Assembly: GCA_000025185.1 (NCBI GenBank)
Contig: CP001848.1
Location: forward strand, 540,001-572,000
Origin: Pirellula staleyi DSM 6068
Lineage (GTDB): Bacteria; Planctomycetota; Planctomycetia; Pirellulales; Pirellulaceae
DNA length: 32,000 nt
Reading direction: 5' to 3'
In this document: piece after piece, positions 1 through 8,057 of the stretch
Numbering within the stretch: the stretch's first letter is position 1
Layout of the letters: each line of letters opens with the position of its first letter
Translations under genes and position numbers: made by a program
The notes under the pieces: generated by a model
Told to the model about the DNA's origin: nothing
Databases searched by the model: none
Seen by the model: only the letters and a program-made list of their open reading frames with translations

Positions 1-394
1 CAGCCGTGTGCCAAGCCTGCTCCACAACTAGTGGTTTCCCCGCAGAAGCCAACTCGACCACAAGACGAGTACGTGTCACCGTACCGCCCTGACCATCTGT
101 GTCGAAGCTCCCCTCCTCAGATGACTCGACTCGCCACGACCGCACTTCTGCCCACTTCAGCAGGAATCGATCGCCAGCCCAACACCGCAACTCCGTGATA
201 CCGTGCTCGTCCGCAGCGATTCGAGTCGCGGCTGCGTGAAGCAGCATACCAATAATCAGGCAGAACCCGCCCACGAGTCCGGCGGCTTCCCAACCTGTGG
301 CCCTGGCTTCTGCAGTCACGTCCGGCACGAATTGTAGTTCCGGCGAGGACCATAAACGTCTCTGTATAAATGCGATTGCGGATACCGCAATCAT
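1..394 (-). CDS. Hypothetical membrane protein, 3' end outside the window (cassette ORF)
   Basis: My own translation of the minus frame ending at 394 (ATG = cat 392-394) is open all the way to the window edge, so it is absent from the supplied track. It reads MIAVSAIAFIQRRLW...GLVGGFCLIIGMLLHAA...ITELRCWAGDRFLLKW, with two hydrophobic segments. The start is uncertain; the frame is open up to 451 and has a TTG at 407-409. Confidence 0.4.
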   Translation of the reverse strand, partial: MIAVSAIAFIQRRLWSSPELQFVPDVTAEARATGWEAAGLVGGFCLIIGMLLHAAATRIAADEHGITELRCWAGDRFLLKWAEVRSWRVESSEEGSFDTDGQGGTVTRTRLVVELASAGKPLVVEQAWHTA

Positions 395-453
395 CCCACC
401 CCAAGCCAATCCGGTAAAGAGAAAGAATGGGTTCGTCAGCCGTCTCTCATCTT

Positions 454-513
454 AGATAACACGCACGCTCACCATCCTTCCACTTAACGCTCCGGTTGAC
501 CGCTTTGTTCGCG
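454..513 (-). repeat. attC recombination site (weak candidate)
   Basis: AGATAAC (454-460) ... GTTCGCG (507-513). The right half resembles family A sites (CCGGTTGACCGCTTTGTTCGCGG). The left half is not convincing, so the site may be truncated. Confidence 0.3.
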
Positions 514-969
514 GAATCGTGGAATTGCGGAGGCGAGCCCTGTAATCGCCACGAACTCCTCAAATGAGTCAGCGACCTTGATCCATTGATTGCCAGCTCG
601 GCCCCATTGTAGCCGGAGAACACATGGTGATTCAGCCGATCGTCGATAATCGAGCACGAGTGGCGCGTCCGACCCAAGGCCAAAGTCTCCGATTGCGACC
701 GCCAAGGTATGATCAATTCCCAATGGTGCGGCATGTTCGGAAAGCCAAAACCTATCGCCGCCATTAATGAGCATCTGAATCGTGCATTGCGGCAAAGGAT
801 AGAAGTAAACCGTGCGTTCACCTGGCGCCCAATCGCGAATAGACTCTGGAGCGAGAATTGGATTCAGGTTCTGCGATTCCAGGTTCCCGCGTTCTGAAGG
901 CCAGATTCCGTTAGCCGCCAAACGCAACATGAATTCCGGTACGACTAAGCGGCCATCGATCATGCGCAT
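484..969 (-). CDS. SUKH/SMI1-KNR4-like immunity-type protein
   Basis: ORF track 484..996. I prefer the ATG at 967-969 because the upstream GTG lies inside the attC core. The pattern AVAIGDFGLGSDAPLVLDYR...LRLQWG...WIKVADSFEEFV matches what I recall of SUKH-superfamily immunity proteins. Confidence 0.6.
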   Translation of the reverse strand: MRMIDGRLVVPEFMLRLAANGIWPSERGNLESQNLNPILAPESIRDWAPGERTVYFYPLPQCTIQMLINGGDRFWLSEHAAPLGIDHTLAVAIGDFGLGSDAPLVLDYRRSAESPCVLRLQWGRAGNQWIKVADSFEEFVAITGLASAIPRFREQSGQPER

Positions 970-978
970 TTGTTGCTC

Positions 979-1074
979 CGCGAACGACAATCTCACCCGC
1001 CGCCGGGGCGGAGTGAGCTGTGAACTCCAGAAAGCCTACATGCCCCGCCGGTCAGGGTCAGCGACTGGTTCGGC
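979..1074 (-). repeat. attC recombination site (candidate)
   Basis: CGCGAAC (979-985) ... GTTCGGC (1068-1074). The outer arms CGAACGACAATC / GACTGGTTCG pair imperfectly. The right box overlaps the 3' end of ORF 1058..1531. Confidence 0.45.
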
Positions 1075-1531
1075 GTGCCTTATTGTACTCGGCGAGATCG
1101 ACCGCCATGGGGAAGTACTGCCGGAAGCTCTCGCCGATGGACCTGTCCCGGCACAGTAGCAACGTGCTGGTCGAGTCCCAGCACACGATCTCGACCTCGG
1201 CCAGCGGGTGCTGGATGCGCGGCTCGTCCACCCAAAAGCCCGCGTTGCCGTCCGCGTAGGGCACGACCGCTAGCCGGCACAGGTCGAGCGACACGTCCGG
1301 CGGGAATCCGGACAGGACCGCCCACACGAACTGCATGTCGTGCTCGGCGACCAGCCGCGTCAGCTCCTCGCCCGTCCGCCAGTGCGGCTCGCTGCCAATG
1401 AAGGGCGGCTGCTCATCATCCTCGTGAACGCCGAGCCAGCCGTACTCCAAGTCCGTGATGAGCCAATTGAAGTCCCGCTGACGGTCACCGATGGCTCGGA
1501 ACACGAGCCGCAGGTCGGTGAAGTACGGCAT
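1058..1531 (-). CDS. Hypothetical cassette protein
   Basis: This is the C-terminal 157 aa of track ORF 1058..1918, starting at MPYFTDLRLVF (cat 1529-1531). The upstream part of the track ORF runs through an attC site and was discarded. Confidence 0.6.
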   Translation of the reverse strand: MPYFTDLRLVFRAIGDRQRDFNWLITDLEYGWLGVHEDDEQPPFIGSEPHWRTGEELTRLVAEHDMQFVWAVLSGFPPDVSLDLCRLAVVPYADGNAGFWVDEPRIQHPLAEVEIVCWDSTSTLLLCRDRSIGESFRQYFPMAVDLAEYNKARRTSR

Positions 1532-1578
1532 CTCGCAGCGGCCTTCGAGAAGTGTCTCCACCGCTGAAGCCCTCCCTC

Positions 1579-1669
1579 GCCTAACGACCAAGGTAACCCG
1601 GCGGCGGCCAAGAACCTTTGATTTCAAAACCCACCCGAACCGCCGCTCGGGTTGATCGCCTTGTTCGGA
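1579..1669 (-). repeat. attC recombination site, family A
   Basis: GCCTAAC (1579-1585) ... GTTCGGA (1663-1669). The inner arms are AACCCGGCGGCGG / CCGCCGC-T-CGGGTT, with a single bulged T on the right arm. Confidence 0.7.
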
Positions 1670-1691
1670 AGCTTTTGTCAGCCGCATGTTC

Positions 1692-2144
1692 TTAAAACGG
1701 ACGGCCTTTCTTGAATGGGAACTGGGGCCAAGGAATGAGTGGCTGTCCAATGGACTGCGATTCCCACTGTGCATTGATATATTGTAATGGAGAGTCGGCA
1801 ATTTGACGCCAGGTGACGGACGGAAACATTGTGATTGCCCAATGATCGCAGTCCCATGAAATGTACAGATCAGAGTCAGGAATCCATGACAGAATGTGCT
1901 CTGGAGTGTAGCCGTCACAACTCTCTACCAGATTGACGACTGGAACCGCGTAATAGCCTTCAATACCTTTGTTCGGATCGGACGCAACGTCGTGCAATGA
2001 TTGCCCATCAACCCACACTTCGCCCAATTCGTGTTTGCCAAGCGGCAACAAGATAACTTGGCCACATTCACATTCGTGAACTGCATACTCAAGTTGACGC
2101 TTTGCGCTGAGGAAGTCGGTTAGATCGTCTGGGAGTGTAATCAT
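1692..2144 (-). CDS. SMI1/KNR4 (SUKH-1)-like immunity-type protein
   Basis: ATG start. N-terminal LPDDLTDFL, then GYYAVPVVNLVESCDGYTPEHILSWIP...WDCDHWAI. This is the pattern I associate with SMI1/KNR4 family proteins. Confidence 0.65.
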   Translation of the reverse strand: MITLPDDLTDFLSAKRQLEYAVHECECGQVILLPLGKHELGEVWVDGQSLHDVASDPNKGIEGYYAVPVVNLVESCDGYTPEHILSWIPDSDLYISWDCDHWAITMFPSVTWRQIADSPLQYINAQWESQSIGQPLIPWPQFPFKKGRPF

Positions 2145-2163
2145 GCCCTGTCCTTTGTCCGCT

Positions 2164-2252
2164 TCCGAACATTTGAGTTTAGGGGGGGCCGCACGCCATT
2201 GCCAGGTTCATGCGCAGTCCGTCACGGTGTCCCCTTCAACGAATTGTTAGCC
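2164..2252 (-). repeat. attC recombination site (candidate)
   Basis: TCCGAAC (2164-2170) ... GTTAGCC (2246-2252). The inner arms are GGGGGGCCGCACG / CGT-ca-CGG-tgt-CCCC. The TAA stop of ORF 2247..2636 lies inside the right box. Confidence 0.5.
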
Positions 2253-2636
2253 ACCGTACGCCTCCACCCACCTAGCTTCTCCGTGAGTAGTGACGCTTAG
2301 GCCGGTGGCCGTAATTTGAAGATTCTGGCCTGTTTCAAAATTCAGCTCAGCCACTACCTGACCATATGCATTGAGCGGTACTGGCAGCAAACCAACCAAC
2401 TCGCCTTGAATTGACACACGCCCATCCCAGAGCCGACCCTCAAGACCTGACTGAAGCTGTGTCTGGGTGCCCGAGAACGTGAGTGTGGCGGCCTGCAGGT
2501 AGCCATTCCCAGCAGTTACCCCAGGCTCACCCTCAGACTCGTGAATGTAGGCCTCTGAAAGCTCGACCACGAGGCAACTTTCCTTGACGTGCACAGAAGC
2601 TACGGTTGAGTCGTGGAATTCGAGGGCACGCTTCAT
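2247..2636 (-). CDS. Hypothetical cassette protein
   Basis: 129 aa ORF with an ATG start 4 nt from the next attC core. Begins MKRALEFHDSTVASVHV... Confidence 0.6.
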   Translation of the reverse strand: MKRALEFHDSTVASVHVKESCLVVELSEAYIHESEGEPGVTAGNGYLQAATLTFSGTQTQLQSGLEGRLWDGRVSIQGELVGLLPVPLNAYGQVVAELNFETGQNLQITATGLSVTTHGEARWVEAYGG

Positions 2637-2640
2637 AGGT

Positions 2641-2726
2641 GGCTAACGGATAAAGTTCACCCGCCGCCAGATTCACTCTCGGCCACGCTAGACGTTACGG
2701 CGGTCATGTGCAGCGACTTGTTAGGC
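2641..2726 (-). repeat. attC recombination site (candidate)
   Basis: GGCTAAC (2641-2647) ... GTTAGGC (2720-2726). The inner arms are CACCCGCCGCC / CGGCGG-tcat-GTG, with the extra bases on the right arm. Confidence 0.6.
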
Positions 2727-2730
2727 GGTT

Positions 2731-3105
2731 TTAGCTCAGGACAGTTACTATGCAGTGAACAGGCTTTCCGTGACGTACGATCACATACCCTGCACGCATC
2801 GCGAGCGTCCAGGGATTGATCAAGAACGGCCAAATCATATCCCCTGGCTGTATCGTGTCGCGAATGCGATGCCATTCGGGCGAATCAGGCAACTCTTGAT
2901 CAACATCTTCCGTGCCGAGTGAGCGACCAAACCAGCGGAAACTCGGCGGGGCATGACGCAAGGCTTCCCACCAAAGCTGTTGCTCATCGCCGCGGAGTGT
3001 GACGTACCAAGTTCCACGGCGGACAAGGAACCAATAGAGCCAGCGTAGAACGCCAAGGCGATACCACACGCTTCGCTCGCAACGAACTACTGCCGCTGCC
3101 ACCAC
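2731..3105 (-). CDS. Hypothetical cassette protein
   Basis: Track ORF 2731..3234 trimmed to the GTG at 3103-3105, because the upstream part crosses the attC at 3120-3209. The C-terminus reads ...DMIWPFLINPWTLAMRAGYVIVRHGKPV. Confidence 0.45.
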   Translation of the reverse strand: MVAAAVVRCERSVWYRLGVLRWLYWFLVRRGTWYVTLRGDEQQLWWEALRHAPPSFRWFGRSLGTEDVDQELPDSPEWHRIRDTIQPGDMIWPFLINPWTLAMRAGYVIVRHGKPVHCIVTVLS

Positions 3106-3119
3106 GGATACCTTTGAAC

Positions 3120-3209
3120 GCCTAACGCCAAGGTAACTGGGAGGCGGAGAACGACTTTCCATTTCAAAACCGCTTGGCCCGCGGCTCCGTGTGCAACCGA
3201 TTGTTGTCC
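3120..3209 (-). repeat. attC recombination site, family A
   Basis: GCCTAAC (3120-3126) ... GTTGTCC (3203-3209). It shares GCCTAACG-CCAAGGTAAC...GATTTCAAAAC-like sequence with sites 1579 and 10376. Confidence 0.6.
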
Positions 3210-3237
3210 GGCTTATCACATCAGTACGAAGCATCCG

Positions 3238-3546
3238 TCAAGCTGCTTCATTATAGTCGAGCGTGCAATAAGGCCTACCGTAAGGGATATCTTCTCCATC
3301 GGCATTGAAATTTGCGACGATTATACCACCCTTGATTTCGTCACCTGGCGTCAGTTTCGGTTGAGTCGATAGAAATCCAGGGCCCGTCAGGCGCAGTGTG
3401 CATCCGCCACGCGAGTCACGTGCTATCGCAAATGGCGTACCGGCATCGACATATCGGTCCCATGCATCATCTATCCACGCAACGAATACCAGCGAGTGTT
3501 CGCGGAGTTGCTCAGGAAAGATCGTCGCTTTACAGGAAAATGGCAT
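3238..3546 (-). CDS. Hypothetical cassette protein
   Basis: 102 aa ORF with an ATG start. Confidence 0.55.
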   Translation of the reverse strand: MPFSCKATIFPEQLREHSLVFVAWIDDAWDRYVDAGTPFAIARDSRGGCTLRLTGPGFLSTQPKLTPGDEIKGGIIVANFNADGEDIPYGRPYCTLDYNEAA

Positions 3547-3570
3547 CGGAAACTTGGATGAGCTTGAATC

Positions 3571-3668
3571 GGATAACGAAAAAGATCACCTGCCGAGGTG
3601 GCGGGTGTGACATTGAACTCGAAACGATTCTAGTCGCCTCCACGGTCAGCTGGAGCGGCTTATTCGGC
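3571..3668 (-). repeat. attC recombination site (weak candidate)
   Basis: GGATAAC (3571-3577) ... CTTATTCGGC (3659-3668). The inner arms are CCGAGGTGGCG / CGCCTCCACGG (imperfect). The right box is degenerate. Confidence 0.35.
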
Positions 3669-4267
3669 CGCTGTGCTACAGGGGAGGTCGAACATGCGCA
3701 CCGATCCGTCTTTGCTCTGCACCCGAATTGCCCCTTCCAGGACCCATCGAGCAAACTTAGCGTCGTTCTCGGGAAGGACAAACTCCGCCAGCTTCGGCAT
3801 GGGCAGATTTAGCGGTTCATGGAAATCGTACACCGTCACTTGATGCGGACAGGCCCAATAGCATCCGATGATCGCCACCTTCGTCCGATCCGGTGACGGA
3901 TGGAACTCAGTCCAGATGAACGGGTCATCAGGCGATGAGAACCCAGCCGTAAGCCCATCCGTTAGGTCGACGACCGTTTGTCCCTCTAAGTCCTCCGAGA
4001 AAAGTAGGTAGTCGTGCCGGCCCGAGATACCCAAGCGTAGAAGCAGCGGCTGTCATTCCGCTTGATACTCGCCACCTCATGCTCATCGTCGATGCGACTG
4101 ACAACCACGACGGCGAAGTCCGCGCCGTGCTCGTCTTCGTATTCTGCTATCTCAAGCCGGTATCGACCGCACGGCGACAACTCGGTGACCGGTTGGGCTG
4201 GGGATAGCCGTGCTGATGCCAGCGCACGCACAGTCGCCTCACGGACTTTCTGTATTTCGTTCTTCAC
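3660..4267 (-). pseudogene. Cassette gene split by a frameshift (two overlapping ORFs, 3986..4267 and 3660..4034)
   Basis: The upstream frame ends ...IKRNDSRCFYAW then runs into nonsense. The second frame reads on as GISGRHDYLLFSEDLEGQTVVDL... The two frames overlap by 49 nt, and together they fill one cassette between two attC sites. Confidence 0.5.
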
Positions 4268-4302
4268 CGCTGTTGCACCCGCGCGAGGCTTCCTGTCTTA
4301 AG

Positions 4303-4389
4303 GCCGAACGACTAAATTCACCCGCCACGCCAATCAGTTTGCCACACCTGACCGACGTGGCCGTGGTCGGGTGCAATGGCTTGTTATGC
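4303..4389 (-). repeat. attC recombination site (candidate)
   Basis: GCCGAAC (4303-4309) ... GTTATGC (4383-4389). The inner arms are CACCCGCCACG / CGTGG-T-CGGGTG, with a bulged T on the right arm. The TAA stop of ORF 4384..4782 lies in the right box. Confidence 0.65.
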
Positions 4390-4782
4390 CCAGCCGTAGA
4401 GGACAGTTCGCATCGCAAACATGCCGGCCAGACAGATGCCGTACCAAGCGATCGAATGCATTAGCAACTTCCCAACGCCCCGCCAGCCGCGACTCCACAC
4501 AATGTAGCCAGGCACTACAATCCCGGCCAAGATGAAAAACCAAAACCGAGCAAGGAGCGGAATGGGATGGCTACGCGCAATGGAGTCAGCCACCGCCCAT
4601 ATACACATGACCGTGCACATGGCAAGCGGCACGAGGATTTCGAGCACCGACGCCGCGGGATAATAGGCGCACCGAATCCCCCAAACAACCGCGAGCACGT
4701 AGAAGCAGCCGAGGAGCCACCAGTGCAGTTTCGACCGCTGCGGAGGGCCGGTCTTCGCAGGCGTTTCGGGCAGCGGATTCAA
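4384..4782 (-). CDS. Small multi-pass membrane protein (cassette ORF)
   Basis: 132 aa with a TTG start in the track. There are four hydrophobic stretches (LHWWLLGCFYVLAVVWGI, ILVPLAMCTVMCIWAV, FWFFILAGIVVPGYIVW, IAWYGICLAGMFAM). Confidence 0.6.
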   Translation of the reverse strand: MNPLPETPAKTGPPQRSKLHWWLLGCFYVLAVVWGIRCAYYPAASVLEILVPLAMCTVMCIWAVADSIARSHPIPLLARFWFFILAGIVVPGYIVWSRGWRGVGKLLMHSIAWYGICLAGMFAMRTVLYGWA

Positions 4783-4794
4783 TCAACCTCCGAG

Positions 4795-4886
4795 GCATAA
4801 CGCTTGCAATCACCCGGTTGGCGCGAGTGACGTGGTAAAGTGAACTTGGCACCGCCGCCAACTCGGTGTGCATTGCATTGTTATTG
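4795..4886 (-). repeat. attC recombination site (candidate)
   Basis: GCATAAC (4795-4801) ... GTTATTG (4880-4886). The inner arms are CAATCACCCGGTTGGCG / CGCCAAC-T-CGGTG-tgc-ATTG. Confidence 0.65.
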
Positions 4887-4898
4887 CCCTACTCGACT

Positions 4899-5294
4899 CT
4901 ACGTTTCCATCGGTGGATGTAAGCCGAAATCACCATCTTTCCACCCGTGAAACCCCATGCACATCCCATCGCCGTCAGCGAGATTGATTTCCGCTACAGC
5001 TTCACCAGTGTCCAGATCAGTGAGCTGGACAGAAACAGAAAGGTTTACGCGATGTTCTTCGTTTTCAAGGGATCCAGAAACACCGTCGATGATCATCATG
5101 ATTCCATAGACTGCATCATCAATTGCTTTCAATGCCGCTGAGCGCGCATCGTCACTGAGTCCAGCCTCGAGTTGTTCGATTGCATAGTTTCGCACATCTT
5201 CAAAGATGATAAGCCCGGCTGCATTTTGAATCCAGAGATCGCGTTTTCGTTCATCGCTCGGAGGTCGCGTCAATCTTCTTTGGTGTGTTGCCAT
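4899..5294 (-). CDS. Hypothetical cassette protein
   Basis: 131 aa ORF with an ATG start. Confidence 0.6.
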   Translation of the reverse strand: MATHQRRLTRPPSDERKRDLWIQNAAGLIIFEDVRNYAIEQLEAGLSDDARSAALKAIDDAVYGIMMIIDGVSGSLENEEHRVNLSVSVQLTDLDTGEAVAEINLADGDGMCMGFHGWKDGDFGLHPPMET

Positions 5295-5359
5295 AGGGGA
5301 TTTGGTTCAATGCTATCAGAGTGATTGCCTCACGGTTGATCTCGGGACTCTGTCTTGGG

Positions 5360-5454
5360 CAATAACGATAATGTTAAGCTGCCCCCGCCCACGTTGGACG
5401 AGCACCACGCAAGCCACTTGCAGGGCGGGAGTCAGCTTGAACGCCTTGTTCGGC
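5360..5454 (-). repeat. attC recombination site (candidate)
   Basis: CAATAAC (5360-5366) ... GTTCGGC (5448-5454). The inner arms are AAGCTGCCCCCGCCC / GGGCGGGAGTCAGCTT. Confidence 0.65.
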
Positions 5455-5460
5455 CTGTCT

Positions 5461-5832
5461 TTACTGCCACAGAGCCTTCGATCGGCTAATAATGCCGACG
5501 ACTCGCTCGTCGATTCCGCGGCCAATCCGCCACACCACCCGTCCGTGCTCTAGCCAGAGAACAGCACCCCAGCCTTCGGGGACGCCAACGCCATCAAACG
5601 TGACGAGCAGCCCAAGCGACGACAGCCACCCCTGACCGACATCGGATTCCTCGTCTACAGCGAACGCCTCGACCTGCAGCCCGATCTCGGCAAGACGCGC
5701 CACCGCCTCGCGGAAGTTTGCGCGAGCCGTCCGCTCCGGACCAGACCACGGGACGGTGAGGAACACCATCGCTCGAGGTGCCGCGTTGATGGCGGCGATC
5801 ATCGCTTCGTCGGTACCCTCCTGCACGATCAT
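5461..5832 (-). CDS. Thioredoxin-fold-like protein lacking the CxxC motif (second gene of a two-gene cassette)
   Basis: Track ORF 5461..5910 trimmed to MIVQEG (cat 5830-5832). AMVFLTVPWSGPERTARANF resembles a Trx active-site region, with WSGPE in place of WCGPC. Its ATG overlaps the upstream TGA as ATGA. Confidence 0.5.
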   Translation of the reverse strand: MIVQEGTDEAMIAAINAAPRAMVFLTVPWSGPERTARANFREAVARLAEIGLQVEAFAVDEESDVGQGWLSSLGLLVTFDGVGVPEGWGAVLWLEHGRVVWRIGRGIDERVVGIISRSKALWQ

Positions 5833-6158
5833 CCGCCCCCCCACTTCCGCCGATCTACAGCAGCCACATGTCTGGCGAGTTCGAGTAGCAAGCCATCCCC
5901 CAGCTCGCATTCGGCGAGAAGATAGTTTCCTGACCAGTTGTCCCAGCCGGCAGCTAATGACACACCCTCCCTGACGTACGAAGGCATTATGCCCTCGTCA
6001 CAACCGATGACCGGCTGAGACTCCGTCAACAGTGTCCGGCGTGTAAAGCCCTGGGCAGTCAGCCAGTCAACCGCGAGAAACCACTGCGGAGAGTCGTACG
6101 CCTCGAACTCCAGCAGGTTGCGGCCGTTAGCAGCTTTCAGAAGCAGCGGTGTTTCCAT
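5829..6158 (-). CDS. Hypothetical protein (first gene of a two-gene cassette)
   Basis: Track ORF 5829..6227 trimmed to METPLLLK (cat 6156-6158), 5 nt from the attC core at 6164. Confidence 0.5.
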   Translation of the reverse strand: METPLLLKAANGRNLLEFEAYDSPQWFLAVDWLTAQGFTRRTLLTESQPVIGCDEGIMPSYVREGVSLAAGWDNWSGNYLLAECELGDGLLLELARHVAAVDRRKWGGG

Positions 6159-6163
6159 CAGTG

Positions 6164-6242
6164 GCCTAACGACTGCGTTCACTTGAGGGCCGGCTGCAAG
6201 GAACGCGAGGTCTCGAAAAACCGTCATGCCGGCCCGTTAAGT
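6164..6242 (-). repeat. attC recombination site (candidate)
   Basis: GCCTAAC (6164-6170) ... GTTAAGT (6236-6242). The inner arms are CTTGAGGGCCGGC / GCCGGCCCGTTAAG. The right box lies in the last codons of ORF 6224..6718. Confidence 0.65.
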
Positions 6243-6718
6243 GCAACGCTTTGCTCGGGCTCCGCTGTCCTTTCCCAAACGCGAAAATCGAAATCGTAAG
6301 GGCAGCCCAAGATGATGTACCGCCCGTCCGAAGAGAAGGTCGCAGCCGCCCAATCGCCGGAGAAGTTCTCGAACGTGGACGACCAAACTTCCTTTCCATC
6401 CTTGAACACCGATACCGTCTCGCCTTCTGGGTTCAGAACTAACTGTTCGACATTCGGGGCAGAGAGAATCGGGCGGCCGGGGTACAAACCAATGATGTCC
6501 CACTCCATTCCTTGATAACGGCACACCCCGCTGTCGGGGTCGAACAGGTCATACTCGGCGTACTCTGGGTCTGTCTCGACGGTGATGGGATGACCGAGTC
6601 GGACCAGGTGTATGCCCTCATAGGAAACGACCAGCACTGTGTCATCCTTCGGGATTGAGAACCCGATCATCCGCTCGCAGATATCGGGAACCGACAGTCT
6701 TCGCCACGCCGCCGCCAA
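6224..6718 (-). CDS. Hypothetical beta-rich cassette protein
   Basis: 164 aa from a TTG start; an alternative ATG sits at 6668-6670 (MIGFSIPKDD). Reads ...SGDWAAATFSSDGRYIILGCPYDFDFRVWE. Confidence 0.6.
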   Translation of the reverse strand: MAAAWRRLSVPDICERMIGFSIPKDDTVLVVSYEGIHLVRLGHPITVETDPEYAEYDLFDPDSGVCRYQGMEWDIIGLYPGRPILSAPNVEQLVLNPEGETVSVFKDGKEVWSSTFENFSGDWAAATFSSDGRYIILGCPYDFDFRVWERTAEPEQSVALNGPA

Positions 6719-6733
6719 TGTGCGCCCCCTGTT

Positions 6734-6823
6734 GCCGAACTTTCAAAATCACCCGGCGGGCGCGGTTGATTGCCTATTGTGAAAATGCCCGATCGCCCGC
6801 TCGAGTGCATTGTGTTGTTAGGT
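6734..6823 (-). repeat. attC recombination site (candidate)
   Basis: GCCGAAC (6734-6740) ... GTTAGGT (6817-6823). The inner arms are CACCCGGCGGGCG / CGCCCGC-T-CGAGTG. The TAA stop of ORF 6818..7249 lies in the right box. Confidence 0.65.
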
Positions 6824-7249
6824 GTCCCCGCTGGAAGCAAAAGCCTCGATTCCGCGTGTGCAGGATCGTAGCGTTTGAACAAGTGGGGCATACAGCGATG
6901 CCGCACCGTCGCGCGCTGAAAGGAAATCGTACCAGGCGAACAACCTCATCACTTCGTCCGCATCTTCCACATATATCTCGTTCAGGCCGTCTGATTCGTC
7001 CCGGAGAAAGCGGGTAAGCATGAACGGCAAGATAGTCAGCCGCTCTGCATCCGACGCTTCGAATGGCTTCAGGGAATCATCGGCATACACGGTAACATTT
7101 CGGCGTATACCCGAACTCCAATCCAGAGTCATAGCGCCGTTGACGTATTCGACAAAGGGAGGGAGAAGCCTCTGGATTTCACGCCAACGGCCGACGCTAA
7201 CATCCCCGAGCTCGTGCTCGTAACTTTTGTAGAACAGGATATGTCCCAC
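6818..7249 (-). CDS. Hypothetical cassette protein
   Basis: 143 aa with a GTG start 9 nt from the attC core. Confidence 0.55.
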   Translation of the reverse strand: MGHILFYKSYEHELGDVSVGRWREIQRLLPPFVEYVNGAMTLDWSSGIRRNVTVYADDSLKPFEASDAERLTILPFMLTRFLRDESDGLNEIYVEDADEVMRLFAWYDFLSARDGAASLYAPLVQTLRSCTRGIEAFASSGDT

Positions 7250-7258
7250 TGTACCCCC

Positions 7259-7358
7259 GCTTAACGCCCAAGCTCAGCGGACCGGCCCGCCGAGAGAAAG
7301 CCTCATGATACCGGAAACCTCGGCGGCGGGCCGGGTCCGCTGCAGCGCGAGGTTAGGA
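7259..7358 (-). repeat. attC recombination site (candidate)
   Basis: GCTTAAC (7259-7265) ... GTTAGGA (7352-7358). The long inner arms are CAGCGGACCGGCCCGCCGAG / CTCGGC-ggc-GGGCCGG-g-TCCGCTG, with the extra bases on the right arm. Confidence 0.7.
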
Positions 7359-7359
7359 G

Positions 7360-7734
7360 TCAGACCAGCTCGATCTCGTAACCTAACGCCGCGGCACTCC
7401 GACGCAAGAGCCCCTCGGTCGCCCGCTCTTGCTCGCCGGAATGGTAGCCGATGAAGAGGCCCTCGCCGGGCATCGCCACGAAGCTCAAGGCTCGCTCTCC
7501 CGACGGCTCGTCAGCGACCGTGACCCAGACCGCCTCCGGCTGTGCCTTGCGGTGGGCCTCGACGATCTCGTCGGGGGCGCGCATGCGGAGGAACTGAGCA
7601 ATCATGTCGCCGACATGATCAGCCCCGGCGTCCCGGTCGGTATCGACGATGGCGAACTCCTCGCGGAGGCGACGGACGACCTCACTCGGGGTGAGATAGC
7701 TCCGGCCGGACTTCGGCGAGAGACGATGGGCCAT
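7360..7734 (-). CDS. Hypothetical cassette protein
   Basis: Track ORF 7360..7755 trimmed to MAHRLSPKSG (cat 7732-7734), because the upstream residues enter the attC. Confidence 0.55.
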   Translation of the reverse strand: MAHRLSPKSGRSYLTPSEVVRRLREEFAIVDTDRDAGADHVGDMIAQFLRMRAPDEIVEAHRKAQPEAVWVTVADEPSGERALSFVAMPGEGLFIGYHSGEQERATEGLLRRSAAALGYEIELV

Positions 7735-7746
7735 TAGGGTAGAGCC

Positions 7747-7806
7747 GCCTAACACCGGAATTAAGCCGACCCGCGAAGCGGGTTCGGCTTGAATGAATTG
7801 TTAGGC
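7747..7806 (-). repeat. attC recombination site (60 bp, classical 59-base-element size)
   Basis: GCCTAAC (7747-7753) ... GTTAGGC (7800-7806), a perfect consensus pair. The inner arms are AAGCCGACCCGC / GCGGG-T-TCGGCTT, with a single bulged T. Confidence 0.75.
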
Positions 7807-7839
7807 CCCGACCGCGTACAGCCGGAGCCAGATACTTGC

Positions 7840-8052
7840 CTAGCTGCCACTTGGGTCGGCTCTGAACACTCGACGACGATACTCGTGCAGCCCAGCAAGC
7901 AACACATCATCCTCGGCACTGAAGATTTGAGGGCAGGGATCGCTAGGCAGAATAGCGTTTACAACGATCTGACCGAGGCGCAGGTCCGGCTCGCGCTCCC
8001 AGATCTCTCGCAGCACTTCAAGGATCTGCTCAATTCGTTGGGGATCGCGCAT
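7840..8052 (-). CDS. Small hypothetical cassette protein
   Basis: Track ORF 7840..8172 trimmed to MRDPQRIEQILEVLREIWEREPDLRLGQIVVN (cat 8050-8052). The discarded N-terminus is translated attC sequence. Confidence 0.5.
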   Translation of the reverse strand: MRDPQRIEQILEVLREIWEREPDLRLGQIVVNAILPSDPCPQIFSAEDDVLLAGLHEYRRRVFRADPSGS

Positions 8053-8057
8053 ACGGG

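Noticed and set aside
117-404. Track ORF 117..404 (95 aa, Arg/Ser/Gly-rich).
   Set aside because: The composition looks non-protein-like. A different frame on the same strand gives a plausible membrane protein that is open to the window edge.
1075-1611. Plus- and minus-strand Arg/Pro/Ala-rich ORFs (1075..1401, 1080..1325, 1360..1611, 1340..1567).
   Set aside because: These are shadow frames of the GC-rich cassette gene 1058..1531, with low-complexity composition.
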